Assembly: GCA_963850535.1 (NCBI GenBank)
Contig: CAWKMC010000063.1
Location: 23,991-87,990 of the forward strand
From: an uncultured Alphaproteobacteria bacterium
Lineage (GTDB): Bacteria; Pseudomonadota; Alphaproteobacteria; Acetobacterales; Acetobacteraceae
DNA length: 64,000 nt
Direction of reading: 5' to 3'
Shown in pieces: positions 52,497 through 63,879 of this stretch. A model generated the notes under the pieces. That model saw nothing but the letters and a program-made list of their open reading frames with translations, searched no databases and had not been told where the DNA came from. Position numbers and translations under genes: made by a program. How positions within the stretch are numbered: the first letter of the stretch is position 1; each line of letters starts with the position of its first letter.

Positions 52497-52775
52497 ATGA
52501 AGAAGACCCTCACCGCGATAGCCCTGGTTCTGGGTCTCGGCCTGTCCAGCGCTCCGAGTTTTGCCGCCACCGGTTACGTCGTGAACGGCCTTGCCGCCTC
52601 CCCGGCCGAAGCGCAGGCGCTGGCCGCCAACGGTGTCCACCAGGGCAACTGGGTGGTCAACGGCTATGGCATCGCGCCGGCCGACCACGCCTTGTTCGAG
52701 ACCCCGGTGCCTGCCGAGACCGCGAGCAGCGGCAAGAAGTGCTACTACGTCCTAGACGTGCTGCTCTGCGACTAA
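52497..52775 (+). CDS. Small secreted hypothetical protein (92 aa)
   Basis: Signal peptide MKKTLTAIALVLGLGLSSAPSFA, with TGGAG upstream of the ATG at 52497. The C-terminus CYYVLDVLLCD has two Cys. I recognise no family. Confidence 0.5.
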   Translation: MKKTLTAIALVLGLGLSSAPSFAATGYVVNGLAASPAEAQALAANGVHQGNWVVNGYGIAPADHALFETPVPAETASSGKKCYYVLDVLLCD

Positions 52776-52782
52776 AGCGTCA

Positions 52783-52809
52783 GCGGCGGGGTGACAATCA
52801 CCCCGCCGC
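52783..52809. terminator. GC-rich perfect hairpin between convergent genes (possible bidirectional terminator)
   Basis: GCGGCGGGGTGA-caa-TCACCCCGCCGC is a 12-bp perfect stem. Its right arm overlaps the last codons and stop of the LLM gene. There is no strong T tract. Confidence 0.45.
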
Positions 52810-53826
52810 CCGCATCTCCGGCTCGGTGCGAAATGCGGGCATGATCTCCTTGGCGAAGCGCCGCAGGTTCTCGCGTGACGTGCCGCCGCCGTTCAGCAGA
52901 ATATACTCAACCCCCATATCGCGCAGCGTCTCGAGCTTGCCTGCGATTTCATCCGGATTGCCATAGAGCGCGCTCTCTTCGCTCGCCGCCCGCGTGTCAG
53001 AAAATGCCATGATGCTGGCAGTGTTGTTGCCGTCCGGTCGCTGCGAGATGGTGTGCAGCCGTCGCTGCGCGGCGAGGCGACGGTCGAGCGCCGCCTCCTT
53101 CTCCGCGTTGTTGCGCGCGACGTAGAAGGCGCGTGCCACGCCGACCCGCGCCGGGTCGAACCGGAACCCGTTCGCCTGGATCGCCTCTCGATAGATGGCG
53201 AAGCGCCGGCCGGTCTCCTCCAGCGACGCGAACTGGTCGAGCAGCAAGCTATGTCCCCGCCGCGCCACCCGCTGGATTGATTCGGGATGCCCCGCTCCCT
53301 GCCAGAACGGCGGGTGCGGCTTCTGGATGGTCGGTGGCTCGACGATGATGTCGTCGAACTGCCAATACTGCCCGTGGAAGATGAAGCGCTCGTTGGAGGT
53401 CCACGCCTTGGTGATGATGTCGACCGCTTCCTCGAAGCGAGGCTCGGCTTCCTCCATCGGGATACGGAAACCAACGAACTCGTTGTGCCGGTAACCCTTG
53501 CCAACGCCGAAATCCAGCCGGCCGCCGGACAGCAGGTCGACTGTCGCTGCCTGCTCGGCCAGTAGAACCGGATTGTGCCATGGCAGCACGATGACCGCCG
53601 TGCCAAGCCGCAGCGTCCGCGTGCGCGCGCCGATCCAGGTCAGCAGGTTTAGCGTCGCCGAGACCTGGCCGAAGCCAGTGAAATGGTGTTCGACGATGAA
53701 CGCGCTCTGATAGCCCAGCGCCTCGGCCTCGATGACGTACTCGATGTAGTCCTTGAACCCAGCGGCGCTGTCCACGTCGGGTCCGCCACGTTGCGCCTGC
53801 GCGGCACCGAACAGTCCGAACTGCAT
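52798..53826 (-). CDS. LLM-class (luciferase-like) flavin-dependent monooxygenase
   Basis: MQFGLFG...EHHFTGFGQVS...RLGTAVIVLPWHNPVLLAEQ...SGGRLDFGVGKGY. The start is set at Met28 (53826). Confidence 0.85.
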   Translation of the reverse strand: MQFGLFGAAQAQRGGPDVDSAAGFKDYIEYVIEAEALGYQSAFIVEHHFTGFGQVSATLNLLTWIGARTRTLRLGTAVIVLPWHNPVLLAEQAATVDLLSGGRLDFGVGKGYRHNEFVGFRIPMEEAEPRFEEAVDIITKAWTSNERFIFHGQYWQFDDIIVEPPTIQKPHPPFWQGAGHPESIQRVARRGHSLLLDQFASLEETGRRFAIYREAIQANGFRFDPARVGVARAFYVARNNAEKEAALDRRLAAQRRLHTISQRPDGNNTASIMAFSDTRAASEESALYGNPDEIAGKLETLRDMGVEYILLNGGGTSRENLRRFAKEIMPAFRTEPEMRAAG

Positions 53827-53836
53827 GGCGTTCCTC

Positions 53837-54764
53837 CTAGCGATGGACCTGGCGCAGCCATGCGCAGCATTCGCCCATAGCCTCGTCTGCCTTGTCCACA
53901 TGGCCAACCCAGAACAGGAAGCCGTGATTCATGCCGTCCCAACGCGACAGTGTCGCCGGGGTACCCGCCGCCCGCAGCTTCGCGGCATAGGCGTCGCCCT
54001 CATCGCGCAATGGGTCGTACTCGGCGGCCTGCACCAGCGCGGGCGGCAGATTGGCGTGATTCGCTGCGCGCAGCGGAGACACGTATGGATCGGCTGCCTG
54101 CGCGGCATCGGCCAGGTAATGGTCCCAGAACCAGACCATCGTGTCGCGGGTCAGGCCGTAGCCCTCGGCATTCTCGCGATAGGATGGTGTCCCCGGCGTG
54201 TAATAGTCGGTGACCGGATAGATCAGCAACTGACCGACAAGCGGTGGACCGCCTTGATCCCGGAGGCGCAGCGCCGCCGCCGCGGCGAGATTGCCGCCCG
54301 CGCTGTCGCCGCCGATCGCGAGCCGTCCGGCATCGCCCTCCAGTTCGCCCGCATGGTCAGCGATCCAGCGCGTCGCAAACACACAGTCATCGAGGCCGGC
54401 CGGGTACTTGTGCTCGGGCGCAAGGCGATAATCCACCGAGACGACAACGCAGCCCGCACCGCCACACAGGTTGCGGCACATGCCATCATGCGTATCCAGA
54501 CTGCACAGGACGAAGCCGCTGCCGTGAAAGAACACCAGGAGCGGAAACGGACCGTTGCCCGGTGGTCGATAGATGCGTAGGCGCAGATCGCCACCTGGCC
54601 CTTGGATGACCTGTTCCCTTACCGTCTTTACCGTGGCCGGCCGCGCCATCAGGCGTATGCGCCCTTCGGTACTGCGCTCGGGCCTGCGCCACGGACAGTG
54701 TGTTGGTCGCCGGCACGCCGGCTCCCATGTCGAGCAGAGTCTGAATTTGCGGATCAACCGGCAT
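53837..54764 (-). pseudogene. Alpha/beta hydrolase, hormone-sensitive-lipase-type esterase, one net +1 frameshift near the N-terminus (or assembly indel)
   Basis: The N-terminal MPVDPQIQTLLDMGAGVPATNTLSVAQARAQY is in the frame of ORF 54486..54773. The rest (LVFFHGSGFVLCS, GGDSAGGNLA, DPLRDEG, HGF) is in ORF 53837..54757. The junction is at about 54668. Confidence 0.75.
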
Positions 54765-54782
54765 TACAGTCACCCCGGGCTT

Positions 54783-55967
54783 TCAGATAGGCACTGTCAT
54801 TGCGTCGTACTCATAAAGCCAGTCGTTGCGAGCCGGCTGGGTTGACTCGCGGTCCATGACCGCCGGCGCCTGATCCGGATCGGCGAGCTGAGGGTTGTTG
54901 CACATCAGCGATATGAGTTCGAGCGACCTCATCGCGATGCGCGACGTGCGGTCGAGGCGCGCGACCTCGTAGCGGTGCAAGGCAGTGACCACGTCGGCCG
55001 ACGCTTCCCGGCAACGCGCGAGGACCATGCCGTCCTCGATCGCCATATTGGCGCCCTGTCCTAGGGACGGCACCATCGGATGGCACGCGTCACCGAGCAG
55101 ACTTACGCGACCCACCGACCAATGCTGCAGCGGCTGACGTCCTAGCATGGCCCACTTGTACGGCGTGTCAGTAGCATCGATGATCGTCAGCACATCCTTG
55201 TGCCATGTGGCGAAATCGCGCCGGCACTCCTCGATCGTGCCTGCCTCAGACCAACTCTCGATCAGCCAATCATTCCGCTCCAATCCCGTGACGAAGTTCA
55301 ACAACGCGCCGCGCCGTAGAGGGTAGGTGATGATATACCCTCGCGGGCCCCTCCATATCACGAAGCTGCTGTGACGAACCGCCACCGGCAGGCGTTCTAT
55401 CGGCACGACCCCGCGCCACGACATGTAGCCCGTGAATTCGGCTGGCGTTTGACCGAACAATGCTTCGCGGATGCGTGAATGGACCCCGTCCGCGCCGATC
55501 AGTGCTGCTCCTCGGACCCGTTGGCCATTCTCCAACAGCAGCGTCACGCCCGCCGCGTCCTGTTCAAAGCCCACGCAACGGGCTCCGACCTGTACTGCGC
55601 TAGGCGCGCGCCGCTCCAGAGCGGTCGCAAGCCCTCGGTGCAGATCGCCACGATGCACAAGCCAGAACGGCGCACCGAAGCGTGTGGCGGCATCAGCGAC
55701 ATTTCCCACGCGCCAGGTTTGCCCGGTGTCGAACAGCCGCATTTCTCTGGCGGTCGGGAAAGAGACGACTGCCTCTATTGCCGGCTGCAGGCCAAGCTCA
55801 CGCAGCACTAATGCACCATTCGGGGAAATCTGCAGACCCGCCCCAAGCTCATGAAGGTCCGCTGCTTGCTCATACAGCGAAACATGGAACCCACGCTGAA
55901 GCAACGCCAACGCTGCGACGATACCCCCGATGCCGGCGCCAGCGATCAGGATACGCCTCTCGTTCAT
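54783..55967 (-). CDS. FAD-dependent aromatic-ring monooxygenase (salicylate / 3-hydroxybenzoate hydroxylase-like)
   Basis: ILIAGAGIGGIVAALAL, and GDACHPMVPSLGQGANMAIEDG. Confidence 0.85.
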   Translation of the reverse strand: MNERRILIAGAGIGGIVAALALLQRGFHVSLYEQAADLHELGAGLQISPNGALVLRELGLQPAIEAVVSFPTAREMRLFDTGQTWRVGNVADAATRFGAPFWLVHRGDLHRGLATALERRAPSAVQVGARCVGFEQDAAGVTLLLENGQRVRGAALIGADGVHSRIREALFGQTPAEFTGYMSWRGVVPIERLPVAVRHSSFVIWRGPRGYIITYPLRRGALLNFVTGLERNDWLIESWSEAGTIEECRRDFATWHKDVLTIIDATDTPYKWAMLGRQPLQHWSVGRVSLLGDACHPMVPSLGQGANMAIEDGMVLARCREASADVVTALHRYEVARLDRTSRIAMRSLELISLMCNNPQLADPDQAPAVMDRESTQPARNDWLYEYDAMTVPI

Positions 55968-56662
55968 CGCTCCGAATGGCTCGGGTTCGAGGTGATCGCC
56001 TCCGGCAGCACCGTTACGGTCGTCATTGGGAAGTGCGTGATCGGTCCGGTGAAGGACGGAAAGCGATGAAAGGCGGCGCGCATCTCATGCCGCACCGGGG
56101 AGTTCAGCGCCGCAGTCAGCGCGGCACGGCTATCGAACACAACCTTATTGCGCTGCATGTGAGCGATGCGAGGGCAGGGCAGGCCGCCGCACCAGTCTAT
56201 ACAGGTGTATACCTCCACCTGGCGGACGCCAGGGAACCGCGCCATGATCGGCGGGTGGTCGTCGATGTAGTGGGCGAGCCACGCTGGCAGGTCATCGGCC
56301 GTACCCTCATACGCAACAAGATATGTGCTCGGCTGTTCGTCCGGCGGAGTGCGGAACACCGGATCAGGCACCGAAAACCGCCGAACCAGCATCGCCTGTT
56401 GCGTCGCGCCCGTCATGTCGAGCGCACCGAGCTGCTGCAGGTTCCCGTTCGGCGCCACCGCCGCTTCCAGTGCAGCGATATCATCGAAGTAGAGCTGCAA
56501 CACCAGTTGCGGCGGCGGCCCATCGTCCAGATACGGATCGCTCGTATTTGATGGCGTGTAGATTGCGCCCAGCCGTAGCGCCGGTGTCGCGCCGAGAACG
56601 TCCGCAAGCCATGTCAGATCCGGTGACGCAGCGGGAAACTGGCCGAACCAGCAGACGGTCAT
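55964..56662 (-). CDS. Hypothetical protein, possibly a tandem EthD-like (dimeric alpha/beta barrel) protein
   Basis: The 232-aa ORF has an ATGA overlap with the monooxygenase start. There is an internal two-fold pattern (…YFDDIAALEAAV… and …VFDSRAALTAAL…). The family call is weak. Confidence 0.55.
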   Translation of the reverse strand: MTVCWFGQFPAASPDLTWLADVLGATPALRLGAIYTPSNTSDPYLDDGPPPQLVLQLYFDDIAALEAAVAPNGNLQQLGALDMTGATQQAMLVRRFSVPDPVFRTPPDEQPSTYLVAYEGTADDLPAWLAHYIDDHPPIMARFPGVRQVEVYTCIDWCGGLPCPRIAHMQRNKVVFDSRAALTAALNSPVRHEMRAAFHRFPSFTGPITHFPMTTVTVLPEAITSNPSHSER

Positions 56663-56719
56663 ATATTGCGCCGCGCGTCAGCGCGGTCGTTTCCCGTCAT
56701 GGCCGGGCTGACCCGGCCA

Positions 56720-58504
56720 TCATCCGCGGAACAATCCGGCGACCGCGGCGGGGGCGTAGCCGGGAGCGACGCGCACGTCCACGACCGCGACGGCGCCGCC
56801 TGCGACCGCGTCGATTGCTGCGCGGAATGTGTCCGCCAGTTCACTGCCTTCGGTCAGAGGACCGAATCCCTGCGCCCCTTGCGCGCGGGCCAGCTGCGCC
56901 AAGTCGATCTCCGGGTCGCCGATCCGCTGGCCAATCCAGCGGTTCTCGACGGGGCGGTTGCGCATGCGCGCCACACGCTCCTGGTGCAGTTCGTCATTGA
57001 AGAACGAACGGTTGTTGGCCACCACCACCAGCAGAGGAATGTTGTAGTGCACCGCTGTCCATAGTGCGTTGGCGCCCATCAGGAAATCGCCATCGCCGCA
57101 CACGGCAACCGGCAGTCGACCGCTGCCTCGCAGCGCCAGTGCCGCACCGACCGCGATGCCCGGTCCGCCGCCGATCCCTCCGCCGCCATCCGAGCCGATA
57201 TAGTCGAGGGGATGGTGGAACGGCCACAACGCTGCATTCCAGGACAGCGACACATGCAGCAAGGACGCTGGGCGCGAACCCATGGCGCGGCGCAGTGCAC
57301 CAGTCAGCATCGCCACGCTGATTTGGCCAGGCTCGATGGCCGGCTCCGACGACGCCTGCGATGCCGGCTCCATTGGACGACCGGGTGGCAACTCGCGCAG
57401 CAGCGCAGCGATCATCGTGTCCGCATCAGTGGCAATGAACAGGTCAGCGGGTGGCAGGGCTTGGTGGTCCATGCTCCAGCCGTTGTGAAGCTGGTGGTCG
57501 AGCGTGACTGTGATCACCTTCGCCGCCGGTGCCACTGTGCCGCACGCCGCCTTCAACGCGCCGCCAAGGTCGACCCAATCGAGGCTCAGTACCACGTCGG
57601 CGGCAGCGATCGCCTGCGCCGCTTCCTGGACCGGGAATGTCGCCGGCGCGCCCGCATGCAGCGGATGATCGGTGGGGAACACCGCACCGATCTTCAGGTC
57701 GGTCAGCACCTGGGCGCCTAGTGCCTCGGCCAGCGCGATACGATTGGCCCACGCTGCTTCGCCACGCGAGCCGCGGCCCATCAGGATGACCGGCCGCTGT
57801 GCCGCACGGAGCATCGCCGCCGCTGCCTTCACCTGATCCGGCGGAACGGCCGTGAGGACCTCGGGCGTGAACCGCCCCGGATCGAGTGGCGGCGGAGGTT
57901 CGGCGAGTGGCGCCTCCTGCATCCCAGCATCGAGATTGATGTAGACGGGACCCTTGGGCGCCGAGGACGCCATCCAAACCGCGCGCAACAATGCTTCGCG
58001 CGCTGCCTCGGCCGAGGCCGGTTGGTCGTCCCACTTGGTATAGTTACGGACCAGCGCGCCCTGGTCGCGCGCCGTGTGGATCCAGTCGATCCACGGCCGA
58101 CGCTTCGGCGCGTCGACCGGTCCGGTCGCCCCAAGTACCAAGACCGGCATCCGGTCGCACCAGGCGTTGAAGATTGCCATCGTCGCGTGCATCAACCCGA
58201 CATTGGAATGCACCGCGGCAGCCATCGGCTTGCCGGTCACCTTGGCGTAGCCATGGGCAATCGCGACAGCGTGTTCCTCGTGCAGGCAAAGCAGCATCTG
58301 TGGCTGTGCATTGCCGAGGTGATTGACAAGGCTGTCGTGCAAGCCGCGATAACTGGCCCCCGGATTCAGCGCGATGAATGGAATCCTTAACGCCCGTAGG
58401 GTTTCCGCGACGACGTCGCTGCCGAACAGCGCATTGCCGGATGGCAATGCAGTGGGGCGTTCGATGGGCGCGCCAGAGGAACCGGCGAGATACTCCTGAT
58501 CCAC
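56720..58504 (-). CDS. Thiamine pyrophosphate-dependent enzyme (acetolactate synthase large subunit / benzoylformate decarboxylase-like)
   Basis: The N-terminal Pyr domain reads ALNPGASYRGL...HEEHAVAIAHGYA. The TPP-binding motif is GDGDFLMGANALWTAVHYNIPLLVVVANN. Confidence 0.85.
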   Translation of the reverse strand: MDQEYLAGSSGAPIERPTALPSGNALFGSDVVAETLRALRIPFIALNPGASYRGLHDSLVNHLGNAQPQMLLCLHEEHAVAIAHGYAKVTGKPMAAAVHSNVGLMHATMAIFNAWCDRMPVLVLGATGPVDAPKRRPWIDWIHTARDQGALVRNYTKWDDQPASAEAAREALLRAVWMASSAPKGPVYINLDAGMQEAPLAEPPPPLDPGRFTPEVLTAVPPDQVKAAAAMLRAAQRPVILMGRGSRGEAAWANRIALAEALGAQVLTDLKIGAVFPTDHPLHAGAPATFPVQEAAQAIAAADVVLSLDWVDLGGALKAACGTVAPAAKVITVTLDHQLHNGWSMDHQALPPADLFIATDADTMIAALLRELPPGRPMEPASQASSEPAIEPGQISVAMLTGALRRAMGSRPASLLHVSLSWNAALWPFHHPLDYIGSDGGGGIGGGPGIAVGAALALRGSGRLPVAVCGDGDFLMGANALWTAVHYNIPLLVVVANNRSFFNDELHQERVARMRNRPVENRWIGQRIGDPEIDLAQLARAQGAQGFGPLTEGSELADTFRAAIDAVAGGAVAVVDVRVAPGYAPAAVAGLFRG

Positions 58505-58604
58505 CGCGGCAATCTCGCAGCAATGTTATGGCCAAACTTAATGTGGCGCTCAGAGCATTGTCCATATAGCCTAGGATCCGCAGCACATCGAAAGGAATGG
58601 CCCG

Positions 58605-59168
58605 ATGCCCTTCGATGCCTTGGTCGCCGTCACGCGACAGAGAGCAATTTCCGATTCACTCGAGGATCATGGTCTCAAGGCGGTGCCCTGGGAGACGCTG
58701 GCCGAACACAAAGTTGCGCAGCAGCGGCGTTATGGCCCCAGCTTCTGGTATCGCAACCAGACCATCCTTTCGATCCTCCTGGTGGTTGCCAGCCCGATGG
58801 CGGGCGCAGTCGCCGGCGCGAGCGGCGGTTTCAGTGCGCATTCCGGTGTGCTGGCGATCACCGGCAGTTTCGTGTGGATGTGCATGGTGGCACTGATCAC
58901 CGGTACCGGCCTGATCAAGCTGCGCGCCGGATCACATTGGGAAGAACGGCAGGTCTCCGTCGGCTTCCTCGCTGATGCCGATATTCCCGAGCCGATCGCT
59001 CGGGTCACGCGGCTGGTGCACGAAGATGTGCCGGGAGCGCGATTGATCCTCGGCGAGCTGAAGCGGGAAGAGACGGTACTCGATCCCTACATCCTCATCG
59101 AGCAGGATGGCGAGTGCGTCTGCCTGGGCATCTGGGACACCGGACGCGTGGTCGCCTGCGCACAATGA
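58605..59168 (+). CDS. Hypothetical membrane protein
   Basis: The 187-aa ORF has two predicted TM stretches (ILSILLVVASPMAGAVAGA and ITGSFVWMCMVALITGTGL). I recognise no family. Confidence 0.5.
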   Translation: MPFDALVAVTRQRAISDSLEDHGLKAVPWETLAEHKVAQQRRYGPSFWYRNQTILSILLVVASPMAGAVAGASGGFSAHSGVLAITGSFVWMCMVALITGTGLIKLRAGSHWEERQVSVGFLADADIPEPIARVTRLVHEDVPGARLILGELKREETVLDPYILIEQDGECVCLGIWDTGRVVACAQ

Positions 59169-59179
59169 CGTAGCCTAAT

Positions 59180-59221
59180 GGCCGGCTCACCCCCGGGCTT
59201 GTCCCGGGGGTCGCGCCGGCC
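59180..59221. terminator. Long imperfect GC hairpin between convergent genes (possible bidirectional terminator)
   Basis: GGCCGGC-tc-ACCCCCGGG-cttgt-CCCGGGGGT-cgc-GCCGGCC, located between the stop at 59168 and the P450 stop at 59235. Confidence 0.45.
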
Positions 59222-59234
59222 ATGGCTCGTGCGG

Positions 59235-60855
<1,621 letters not shown>

Positions 60856-62088
60856 TTAGCCTGCCAGTTCACGGATCGAGCATGACACGTCCGCCAGCCT
60901 GGACGCCACCACCCGCCTGCGACGGGCGATCATCATGCGCCCGGCCATGAACTCGGCGGGCGCGTTCACCGCTTCCACCGACTGCACGGCGCCATCCTCC
61001 GCCAGATGAAAGATTGCAAAGGAGCGGGAAGCGCTGTCACCTCGGATCACAGTTTCGGCGACATCAAACGGCAGTCCCGCGATCTGCAGACGCACCTCGT
61101 ATTGATCCGACCAGAACCAGGGAACTTCGGGTGCCGGCGGTGGCCGGCCGCACAGATCAGCGGCCGCCTGCTTCGCCTGCTCCAGCGCGTTCGGCACACT
61201 CTCTAGCCGACAGGTACGCTTATACAGCGGCACCGGCCGGTGCGTGCAATCACCAATGGCATGAATTGCCGGATCGGCGGTGCGCGCGGCGAGATCGACG
61301 CGGATACCGTCTTGACATTCAAGCCCCGCTGCGCTGGCCAATGCCTCGTTCGGCACTCCACCGATCGCGACCAGCACGGCATCGCATGCGATCACCTCGC
61401 CATCGGACAATCGGATCGCGGCCACGCGCTGCCGCTCGCCATCGAACGCCTCCACAGCGGCGCCGCTTATGATGCGGACGCCAGCATCCGTATGGCGCTC
61501 GCGGAAGAACTCCGATAGCGGCGTAGAGGCCACGCGCGGCAACACTCGCGCCTCCCGCTCGATCACCACGACCTCGGCGCCGAGCGAGCGTGCCGAGGCC
61601 GCGACCTCCAACCCGATATAGCCGGCACCGACGATTGCGATGCGTGTCCCGGCGCGCAGCTGGGCCCGCAGCCGGTCCGCGTCGGCCAGGGTGCGAAGTG
61701 CGACAACGCCTTCTAATTGGTTCCCCGAAATCGGAAGCGCCCGCGCATGACAACCGGTGGCTATGATCAGGTGGTCGTACGCCACACGCTCGCCGTTTGA
61801 CAGAGCGACGCAACCAGCCACGCGGTCGATCGCCGCAACCTCACATCCGAAGCGCAGCTCGATCCGATTGTCGGGATAGAAGGTCGCCGGCCGCAGCAAC
61901 AGATCGGCAAGCTCGTGCTCGCCTTTCAACCAGGCTTTCGACAATGGCGGTCGCTGATAAGGGACCGTCGGCTCTGGGCCGATCAACGTCACCGGTCCCT
62001 GCCAGCCGTACTGCCGCAGCAATGCCGCTGCCGCCGCTCCTGCATGGCCGGTGCCGACGATCACCACACGCTTTGCAGTGTTGCTCAT
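60856..62088 (-). CDS. FAD/NAD(P)H-dependent ferredoxin reductase (putidaredoxin reductase-like)
   Basis: VVIVGTGHAGAAAA, IAIVGAGYIGLEVAA, AIGDC and WFWSDQY. Confidence 0.85.
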   Translation of the reverse strand: MSNTAKRVVIVGTGHAGAAAAALLRQYGWQGPVTLIGPEPTVPYQRPPLSKAWLKGEHELADLLLRPATFYPDNRIELRFGCEVAAIDRVAGCVALSNGERVAYDHLIIATGCHARALPISGNQLEGVVALRTLADADRLRAQLRAGTRIAIVGAGYIGLEVAASARSLGAEVVVIEREARVLPRVASTPLSEFFRERHTDAGVRIISGAAVEAFDGERQRVAAIRLSDGEVIACDAVLVAIGGVPNEALASAAGLECQDGIRVDLAARTADPAIHAIGDCTHRPVPLYKRTCRLESVPNALEQAKQAAADLCGRPPPAPEVPWFWSDQYEVRLQIAGLPFDVAETVIRGDSASRSFAIFHLAEDGAVQSVEAVNAPAEFMAGRMMIARRRRVVASRLADVSCSIRELAG

Positions 62089-62102
62089 CGTGGCGGCCGA
62101 CT

Positions 62103-62491
62103 TCAGTCCATTTCTTCTTCGATCGCCTCGATATCGGCGTCGCTGAAACCGAAATGGTGCGCCACTTCATGCACCAGCACATTGCGCACCAGGCGATACA
62201 GGTCCTCTCCGGTTTCGATCCATTCCAGCAGGATTGGCTGTCGGTAGAGAAAGATCAGATCCGGCTGCGGTGCCACGTCGCTCAGGCTACGCTCGGTCAG
62301 CGGGATGCCACGATACAGCCCGGTCAGTTCCCACGCTTGAACTCGATGCCGAGATCCTCCAGCGTCTCGTCATCCGGCATCTCCTCCACCGAGATGCCGA
62401 CGCCTCGCACGTGTTCCGCCAGTGGTGCCGGGATGGCTGCCAACGCGCGGTCAGCCAGCTCTGCGATGTCGTCGGCGGTCGGCGGTTTCAC
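62103..62491 (-). pseudogene. Small zinc metallopeptidase-family protein (DUF1025-like), one net -1 frameshift (or assembly indel)
   Basis: (GTG)KPPTADDIAELADRALAAIPAPLAEHVRGVGISVEEMPDDETLEDLGIE is followed in another frame by WELTGLYRGIPLTERS...LVHEVAHHFGFSDADIEAIEEEMD. The junction is at about 62325-62340. The GTG start overlaps the MFS stop as GTGA. Confidence 0.7.
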
Positions 62492-63879
62492 GTGGAGACC
62501 TGCTCCAGCACCGCGCGCGACTGCTTGATGCCATAACCCCAGATCAACGCGGCTGGGACCAGCGCCCCAGGCAGCACGATCCACACGATCCAGCCCAGGT
62601 GGTTGGGACCCAATGCGTACAGTGGCCCCAACAGCGTCACGCCGCCCCATGCACCGAGATGGCCAAGCCCGTCGGTCCATGCAAACGCCACTGCGCGAAT
62701 GCGCGTCGGATAGGCCACCGCCGTGTAGTTGTACAGGTTGAACAGGAACAGGCCGGTGCCGATGCGGCTGATGATATAGGCGCCTATGATGACCGCCAAC
62801 GTCGGTATCGCCCACGCGACGACCCAGCAGATTGCGAACAGCACTGCCATCAATGCGATGACATCACGGCGTTCGACCTGCTCGCCCAGTCGCGCATTCA
62901 CCTGGAATGCAGCGAACAGTGCGAGATACGCTGCAGCGATGGTCAGGAACACTTCGTGCGCAGTCGCGCCGTGGTCGACCATGTAAACCGCCAGGAACGC
63001 ACCCACGCCGTAGATCAGCCCGGCATAGCCAAACATCCAGCATCCGATGAGCACCCAGGTGCGGCGGCGATATTGCGGGCTGGTGAACAGCTCCTTCCAG
63101 GCACCCGGCCCCCGCATCACCACGGGATTATCGGCTCCGCGTGGTTCCAGCAGTGGCCTTGGGTCATAACGTTGCACCGCGCGCTCGTATTCTTCCACGG
63201 CACGCTCGGCTTCTTCGTGTCTGCCGTGCGCCTCCAGCCAGCGTGGCAACTCAGGCAGCTTAAAATAAAGCAGCGGCAACAGGACGACGATCTCGATGAT
63301 TGCGCTGATCCACAGGAACGCCTGCCATTGGCTCGGGATCAGCCAGAACGCCAACATGTTGACGCTGACAGCGACCAATGCCGTCACGCCTTGAGATGCC
63401 AGCAATACCTTGTTGCGTACGTCCGGCGAAGTCATCTCCGACAGATATACCGAGTGCGTTGCAACGATGCCGCCGACGCCCAGCGTGCTGAGTACCGACA
63501 GCACCACCATGCCCCAGAAGTTAGTAACGTAGGCGAAGGGCCAGATGCAGATGCCACCCAGCAAGGTCGCGAGCAGAATCGCCGGCCGTCGCCCGTAGCG
63601 GTCGGCAACCCAGCTCATGAGATAGACCCCGAGCAGGATGCCGGCGCCGACCTGCAGTGCCTGGATCACCGCGTATTGATACACATCGATGATATGATTG
63701 GGACGCCAGACAAACGGAAACAGCCGTGCACCGATGCCGTCGGTATCGAAGATGATGAAGCCCCACGTCACCTCGACCAGAATTGCGAGATGCCACTGCA
63801 CTCTGGTCAACGGCAGCCGATCAATTCGTGCCGCGATGTGGCCGTGAATCGCACTGCGTGACATAGTCTCTGCCGGCAT
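62488..63879 (-). CDS. MFS transporter
   Basis: The ORF is hydrophobic with about 12 TM segments and carries the DRYGRRP motif after TM2. I chose the start at 63879, where GGGAGA lies upstream. The ORF is open to 63924. Confidence 0.8.
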   Translation of the reverse strand: MPAETMSRSAIHGHIAARIDRLPLTRVQWHLAILVEVTWGFIIFDTDGIGARLFPFVWRPNHIIDVYQYAVIQALQVGAGILLGVYLMSWVADRYGRRPAILLATLLGGICIWPFAYVTNFWGMVVLSVLSTLGVGGIVATHSVYLSEMTSPDVRNKVLLASQGVTALVAVSVNMLAFWLIPSQWQAFLWISAIIEIVVLLPLLYFKLPELPRWLEAHGRHEEAERAVEEYERAVQRYDPRPLLEPRGADNPVVMRGPGAWKELFTSPQYRRRTWVLIGCWMFGYAGLIYGVGAFLAVYMVDHGATAHEVFLTIAAAYLALFAAFQVNARLGEQVERRDVIALMAVLFAICWVVAWAIPTLAVIIGAYIISRIGTGLFLFNLYNYTAVAYPTRIRAVAFAWTDGLGHLGAWGGVTLLGPLYALGPNHLGWIVWIVLPGALVPAALIWGYGIKQSRAVLEQVST

